Below are positions 27,880-32,000 of a DNA stretch of 32,000 bases, one piece after another. The position numbers and the translations under genes were made by a program. How positions within the stretch are numbered: the stretch's first letter is position 1; every line of letters begins with the position of its first letter. The DNA is from Pseudomonas aeruginosa. GTDB lineage: Bacteria > Pseudomonadota > Gammaproteobacteria > Pseudomonadales > Pseudomonadaceae. The notes below the pieces were generated by a model. It was not told where the DNA came from and ran no database searches. It saw only the letters and a program-made list of their open reading frames with translations. Where the stretch lies: assembly GCF_001457615.1 (NCBI RefSeq), contig NZ_LN831024.1, positions 3,240,001 through 3,272,000 of the forward strand, given 5' to 3'.

Positions 27880-28206
27880 TCCGCACTCTCGTGCTACGGG
27901 CCTGCGCCACCGGGCGTCGGGGTGGCAGGCGAAACCTTGATCGGCGGGAGGCGGCGCCGACGTCGGATTGCACGTGTCCCTCCCGCAAACAGCGATGGCA
28001 GGCCGCCGGGCCTGCGCGGAAGGCAATATGCCGCAGAAGCTCGAACGCAAAAAAGAATATTAATTAAGGTGTCCTTAACTTTTTGGCATTAGAAGATCGC
28101 CATCCCGCGACGACTGTCGTCATTCCTTACGAAATGGCAACGCCGCGATCCGCCGAAAGCGGCATACTCGTCAGCTTGTTTCGCCGCGTCGACAACGCCC
28201 GTACCA

Positions 28207-30201
28207 ATGTCCGCCTCGCTCCCCAACGACACCCCGCCTGACGAAGCCCTGCCCCTGGTCCTGGCCGGTCCCCTGCTGCGCCGCGCAGAGCCCGGACGCC
28301 TGGTGTTCTGGCTGGCCACGTCATGCCCGACGACCATCGAACTGATCCTCGCCAGCGAAGGCGAGGCGGAGCGTCGGGTCCGCCTCGCGGAAGGAACCCA
28401 CTCGGCCATCCGCATCGGCACCCATGCCTGGCTGCACCTGCTGGATGTCGCGCTCGACCCGCCGTTGCCCTGCGCCCGCCTGGTCGACTACGACCTGCGC
28501 CTCGCCGCCGACGGCCGGGAGCCTGCGGGAATCGCCGAATGGGCGCCGCATCTGCTCTACCCCGGTCGCCAGCGCGCCAGCCTGGTGCTCAAGCCACGTC
28601 TCGACCAGTTGCTCCACGGCTCCTGCCGCAAGCCGCATCACCCAGCGGCCGATGGCCTGCTGCAGGTCGACCGGCTGCTGGAGGAAAACCTGCTGCAGGC
28701 CGAAAGCCGCCCGGCGTTGCTGATGATGAGCGGCGACCAGGTCTACGCCGACGACGTCGCCGGGCCGATGCTGGTGGCCATCCATGGGTTGATCCACCGC
28801 CTCGGCCTGTACGGCGAACACCTGGAAGGCGCACTGGTGAACGACAGCGAGGCACTCTACGCGCACCCGGCCACCTACTACCGGCGCGAGGACCTGCTGC
28901 CCGCCTTCGAGTCCAACGAAGCCCTGCGCGAGCGCTTCTTCGGCGGGGTGAAGAAGCCGATCTTCACCTCGGCCAACGCCCACAACCATCTGGTCGGCCT
29001 GGCCGAGGTGCTGGCGATGTACCTGCTGGTCTGGTCGCCGGCGCCCTGGCGCCTGGTCAGGCTGGAACCGCCGCCGGGGCTGGATGCGCGGCACGCGCAG
29101 CGCTTCGCCGGCGAGCGCCGGCACATCGAAGCCTTCCGCGATGGCCTGCCCCGCGTGGCGCGGGCGCTGGCGCATATCTCGTCGCTGATGATCTTCGACG
29201 ACCACGACATCACCGACGACTGGAACCTTTCAGCACGCTGGGAGCTGACCGCCTACGGCCATCCGTTCTCCCGGCGGATCATCGGCAACGCCCTGCTCGC
29301 CTACCTGCTCTGCCAGGGCTGGGGCAACGACCCGCAGCATTGCGGCGAATGGCTGGCGCCGGTCGCGACCCTGATGGAGGGTGCCGCGGCAGACGGCCGG
29401 CTGCCCTGCGCCGAGCAGGACCGCCTGCTCGATGCCCTGCTCGACTTCCAGCACTGGCACTACCGGTTGCCTGGCAGCCCGACCCTGATCGTCCTCGACA
29501 CGCGCACCCGCCGCTGGCGTAGCGAGCGCAACCTGGGCCGGCCCTCCGGGCTGATGGACTGGGAGGCACTGAGTGAATTCCAGCAGGACCTGCTCGGCGA
29601 AAAGGCGGCGATCATCGTGTCGCCGGCGCCGATGTTCGGGGTCAAGCTGATCGAGGGCGTACAGAAGCTTTTCAGTTGGATCGGCCAGCCGCTGCTGGTC
29701 GATGCGGAAAACTGGATGGCCCATCGCGGCGCGGCCTCGGTGATGATGAACATCTTCCGCCACTCGCGTACGCCGGGTAACTACCTGATCCTTTCCGGCG
29801 ACGTGCATTACTCCTTCGTCTACGACATCCGGATTCGCCATCGCGAGCGCGGGCCCCGGCTCTGGCAGATCACCAGCAGCGGGATCAAGAACGAATTCCC
29901 GCGACGCCTGCTGGACTGGTTCGACCGCCTCAATCGCTGGCTCTATGCGCCCTGGTCGCCGCTGAACTGGCTGACCCAGCGGCGCAGTCTGGAAATCCGC
30001 CCGCGCGTTCCGCAGCACAGCCAGGCCGGCGAGCGCCTGTGGAACAGCGCCGGGATCGGCCAGGTATTCATTGGCGAGGACGGCCGTCCGCGCGCGGTGT
30101 TGCAGGTCAATGCCGATGGCTCGCCGGCGACCGCCTTCGAGCGACATCGCGACGTCGAAGACGAACGAGCGGACCAGTCGCCGGTCGCGCCGGGTCGCTG
30201 A
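28207..30201 (+). CDS. PhoD-like metallophosphatase family protein (PA2049-like)
   Basis: 664 aa. MMSGDQVYADDVAGP, SSLMIFDDHDITDDWNLS, LILSGDVHYSFVYDIRIRHR metal-binding motifs. Confidence 0.8.
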   Translation: MSASLPNDTPPDEALPLVLAGPLLRRAEPGRLVFWLATSCPTTIELILASEGEAERRVRLAEGTHSAIRIGTHAWLHLLDVALDPPLPCARLVDYDLRLAADGREPAGIAEWAPHLLYPGRQRASLVLKPRLDQLLHGSCRKPHHPAADGLLQVDRLLEENLLQAESRPALLMMSGDQVYADDVAGPMLVAIHGLIHRLGLYGEHLEGALVNDSEALYAHPATYYRREDLLPAFESNEALRERFFGGVKKPIFTSANAHNHLVGLAEVLAMYLLVWSPAPWRLVRLEPPPGLDARHAQRFAGERRHIEAFRDGLPRVARALAHISSLMIFDDHDITDDWNLSARWELTAYGHPFSRRIIGNALLAYLLCQGWGNDPQHCGEWLAPVATLMEGAAADGRLPCAEQDRLLDALLDFQHWHYRLPGSPTLIVLDTRTRRWRSERNLGRPSGLMDWEALSEFQQDLLGEKAAIIVSPAPMFGVKLIEGVQKLFSWIGQPLLVDAENWMAHRGAASVMMNIFRHSRTPGNYLILSGDVHYSFVYDIRIRHRERGPRLWQITSSGIKNEFPRRLLDWFDRLNRWLYAPWSPLNWLTQRRSLEIRPRVPQHSQAGERLWNSAGIGQVFIGEDGRPRAVLQVNADGSPATAFERHRDVEDERADQSPVAPGR

Positions 30202-30258
30202 GACGCCAGAACAAGGGGGACGGGCGGACGCCGCGCCGCGTCATCCGCCCGCCCGGTT

Positions 30259-30555
30259 TCAGAACGGCCGCTCCTGCACGTCCAGGGTCGCCGCCAGCGC
30301 TTGCCAGAGCACCTCGGCGAAGACCCGCTGGGCGTCGCCGGACAGGTACGCCTGCATGGCCGCTTCATCGCTCCACTCGCTGTGCAACAGCCACAGGTCG
30401 GCGTCCCCGTCCGCCTGGCGCAGTTCGTAGCGCAGGCAACCGGGTGCAGCCTGGCCCGCCTGCGCCAGCTCTTGCAGGCGCAGGCCGAGGCGGTGCGACT
30501 GGCCGCTGCGGGCGCGAATGCTGACCAGGTGACTGGCCCGATTGAACGCTGGCAT
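30259..30555 (-). CDS. Small ABM-domain (antibiotic biosynthesis monooxygenase-like) protein
   Basis: ORF 30259..30666 trimmed to ATG 30555 after CGAGGAGGCAGAGAGC. GLRLQELAQAGQAAPGCLRYELRQADGDADLWLLHSEWSDEAAMQAYLSG. Confidence 0.82.
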   Translation of the reverse strand: MPAFNRASHLVSIRARSGQSHRLGLRLQELAQAGQAAPGCLRYELRQADGDADLWLLHSEWSDEAAMQAYLSGDAQRVFAEVLWQALAATLDVQERPF

Positions 30556-30681
30556 GCTCTCTGCCTCCTCGACATGGATTCGCCGCTGCGCAAGCGGCAC
30601 CAGGAGTGGAAGGGCCGGCGGCGCCGAGACGCCGGCCGGCCGCTGTGGGGTGTAAGGGTGACGCATGTGCCCTGCCTCCGA

Positions 30682-30855
30682 TTACCAGTTGCCGGGATGG
30701 GTCCGCGCCAGCGTGCCGCCCGCGGCTGGGCCGGCAGGCGAACGGGAAGGCGTGTCGGGGACCAGAGCGCCGTCGCGCGACCGCGAACGGGAGGCGCCCG
30801 GCGCGCGCTCCGGCGGCACGCCGCCCGATGACAGTCTGGCCTGTTGATTTGACAT
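30682..30855 (-). CDS. Candidate small ORF (57 aa), Arg/Ser/Pro-rich
   Basis: MSNQQARLSSGGVPPERAPGASRSRSRDGALVPDTPSRSPAGPAAGGTLARTHPGNW; upstream AGGGGGACACACCT-ATG. Absent from the ORF track. Confidence 0.35.
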   Translation of the reverse strand: MSNQQARLSSGGVPPERAPGASRSRSRDGALVPDTPSRSPAGPAAGGTLARTHPGNW

Positions 30856-30961
30856 AGGTGTGTCCCCCTGCAGGTATTTCCCATCGGCATGACGGAGATT
30901 CCGCCATGCCAGCCAGATTAGGGGGACGGCGCGGGGAATCGGTAGACGGATACTGTCGGGT

Positions 30962-31060
30962 TCTTGCCTGAAACTGCCGCGTTCCGGTTTTTTCTCATCC
31001 GCTTGCGCCCGGTGAAACGAGCTGGCTTGCCTGTTCCTGGCGAATGCTTGCCTGATCCTG
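30962..31060 (+). promoter_or_regulatory. Putative AraC-type operator array: TCTTGCCTGAAACTG, GCTTGCCTGTTCCTG, GCTTGCCTGATCCTG
   Basis: Direct repeats beginning at 30962, 31025 and 31046 (intervals 63 and 21 bp), upstream of the AraC-family start at 31137. Confidence 0.5.
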
Positions 31061-31136
31061 CCATCGCGCAGCGCGATGGATGCCTGTCGCCGCGACGCGC
31101 GCTAGTCTTGGGAAGGTTTCCCCCGCGAGTCCCCGC

Positions 31137-32000
31137 ATGAGCGAAAACACCCCGCTTCTTTCCGTCGATCTCCCCGCCGAATTGCGCCAGCGCCAGAGCG
31201 AACTGGCGCAGTCGCTGCTCAGGCATTGCCCCCGCGACGGTATCTACGGCACCGCCGTCGACCCCCTCGCCCTGATCCGCGCCGACGGCCCCACCCTGCC
31301 GGCGCGCGGCATGCACAAACCTGCCCTGTGCATCATCGCCCAGGGCCGCAAGGAGGTGCAGTTGGCCGAGGAACGCTATATCTACGATCCGTTGCACTAC
31401 CTGGTGGTCTCGGTCACCCTGCCGCTGGCCGGCCAGGTGATCGACGCCTCGCCGGACGCGCCCTACCTCTGCGTCCGGCTGGATATCGACCCGGCGGAAA
31501 TCACCCAGTTGATCTCCGACGCCGGGCCCATGGAAGTGGCCAGCCGGCGCGGCGACCGCGGCCTCTACGTCGACCGTATCGACGCCAGCCTGCTGGATGC
31601 GGTGCTGCGCCTGATCCATCTGCTGGACAGCCCGCGCGACATCCCGATGCTGGCGCCGCTGATCCTCCGCGAGATTTTCTACCGCCTGCTGCGCAGCGGC
31701 CAGGGCCAGCGCCTGCACGAGATCGCCATCGCCGACAGCCAGGCCCACCGCATCACCCGCGCCATCGACTGGATCAACCAGAACTACGGCAAGCCGCTGC
31801 GCATCGAGCAACTGGCCCAGGTGGTCAACCTCAGCCCCTCGACCCTGCACCACCGCTTCAAGGCCGTGACCGCGATGAGCCCGTTGCAGTACCAGAAGCA
31901 GCTGCGCTTGCAGGAAGCACGCCGGCTGATCTTCAGCGAGGGCCTGGAAGTGGCCGCCGCCGGCTACCGGGTCGGCTACGAAAGCCCGTCGCAGTTCAGC
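31137..32000 (+). CDS. AraC-family transcriptional regulator, truncated by window end (PA2047-like)
   Basis: Open frame of 288 codons: MSENTPLLSVDLPAELRQ...MHKPALCIIAQGRKEVQL; HTH region AIDWINQNYGKPLRIEQLAQVVNLSPSTLHHRFKAVTAMSPLQYQKQLRLQEARRLI. Not in the ORF track because it has no stop in the window. Confidence 0.92.
   Translation, partial: MSENTPLLSVDLPAELRQRQSELAQSLLRHCPRDGIYGTAVDPLALIRADGPTLPARGMHKPALCIIAQGRKEVQLAEERYIYDPLHYLVVSVTLPLAGQVIDASPDAPYLCVRLDIDPAEITQLISDAGPMEVASRRGDRGLYVDRIDASLLDAVLRLIHLLDSPRDIPMLAPLILREIFYRLLRSGQGQRLHEIAIADSQAHRITRAIDWINQNYGKPLRIEQLAQVVNLSPSTLHHRFKAVTAMSPLQYQKQLRLQEARRLIFSEGLEVAAAGYRVGYESPSQFS

Overview
This 32 kb, very GC-rich window looks like Pseudomonas aeruginosa chromosome. 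From recalled protein families and gene order, it matches the PAO1 PA2070 -> PA2047 neighbourhood in reverse orientation; no alignment could be run. Left to right it contains: (1) a TonB-dependent receptor; (2) a tight four-gene operon (NodU/CmcH-type carbamoyltransferase, MFS transporter, HAD phosphatase, DUF218/YdcF-like protein); (3) copper resistance genes copA/pcoA and copB/pcoB; (4) convergent DUF2235 and NifS/IscS-like PLP enzyme genes; (5) a microcin-C/YejABEF-type peptide ABC importer with an STN-containing TonB-dependent receptor (spp cluster); (6) a LysR regulator and DHA2-family MFS pair; (7) cynR/cynT/cynS for cyanate detoxification; (8) a FecI-type sigma factor with a FecR-type anti-sigma factor and no adjacent receptor; (9) a PhoD-like metallophosphatase; (10) an ABM-domain monooxygenase; (11) an AraC-family regulator truncated by the right edge. 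The strongest hunt candidates are a tandem array of las/rhl-type boxes at 17-18 bp pitch upstream of the carbamoyltransferase operon, and a direct-repeat array phased at 63 and 21 bp upstream of the AraC-family gene. Also of interest are two small ORFs missing from or truncated in the ORF track, and the possible link between the orphan FecI/FecR pair and the STN receptor. I saw no CRISPR array, rRNA or tRNA gene, prophage or IS element.
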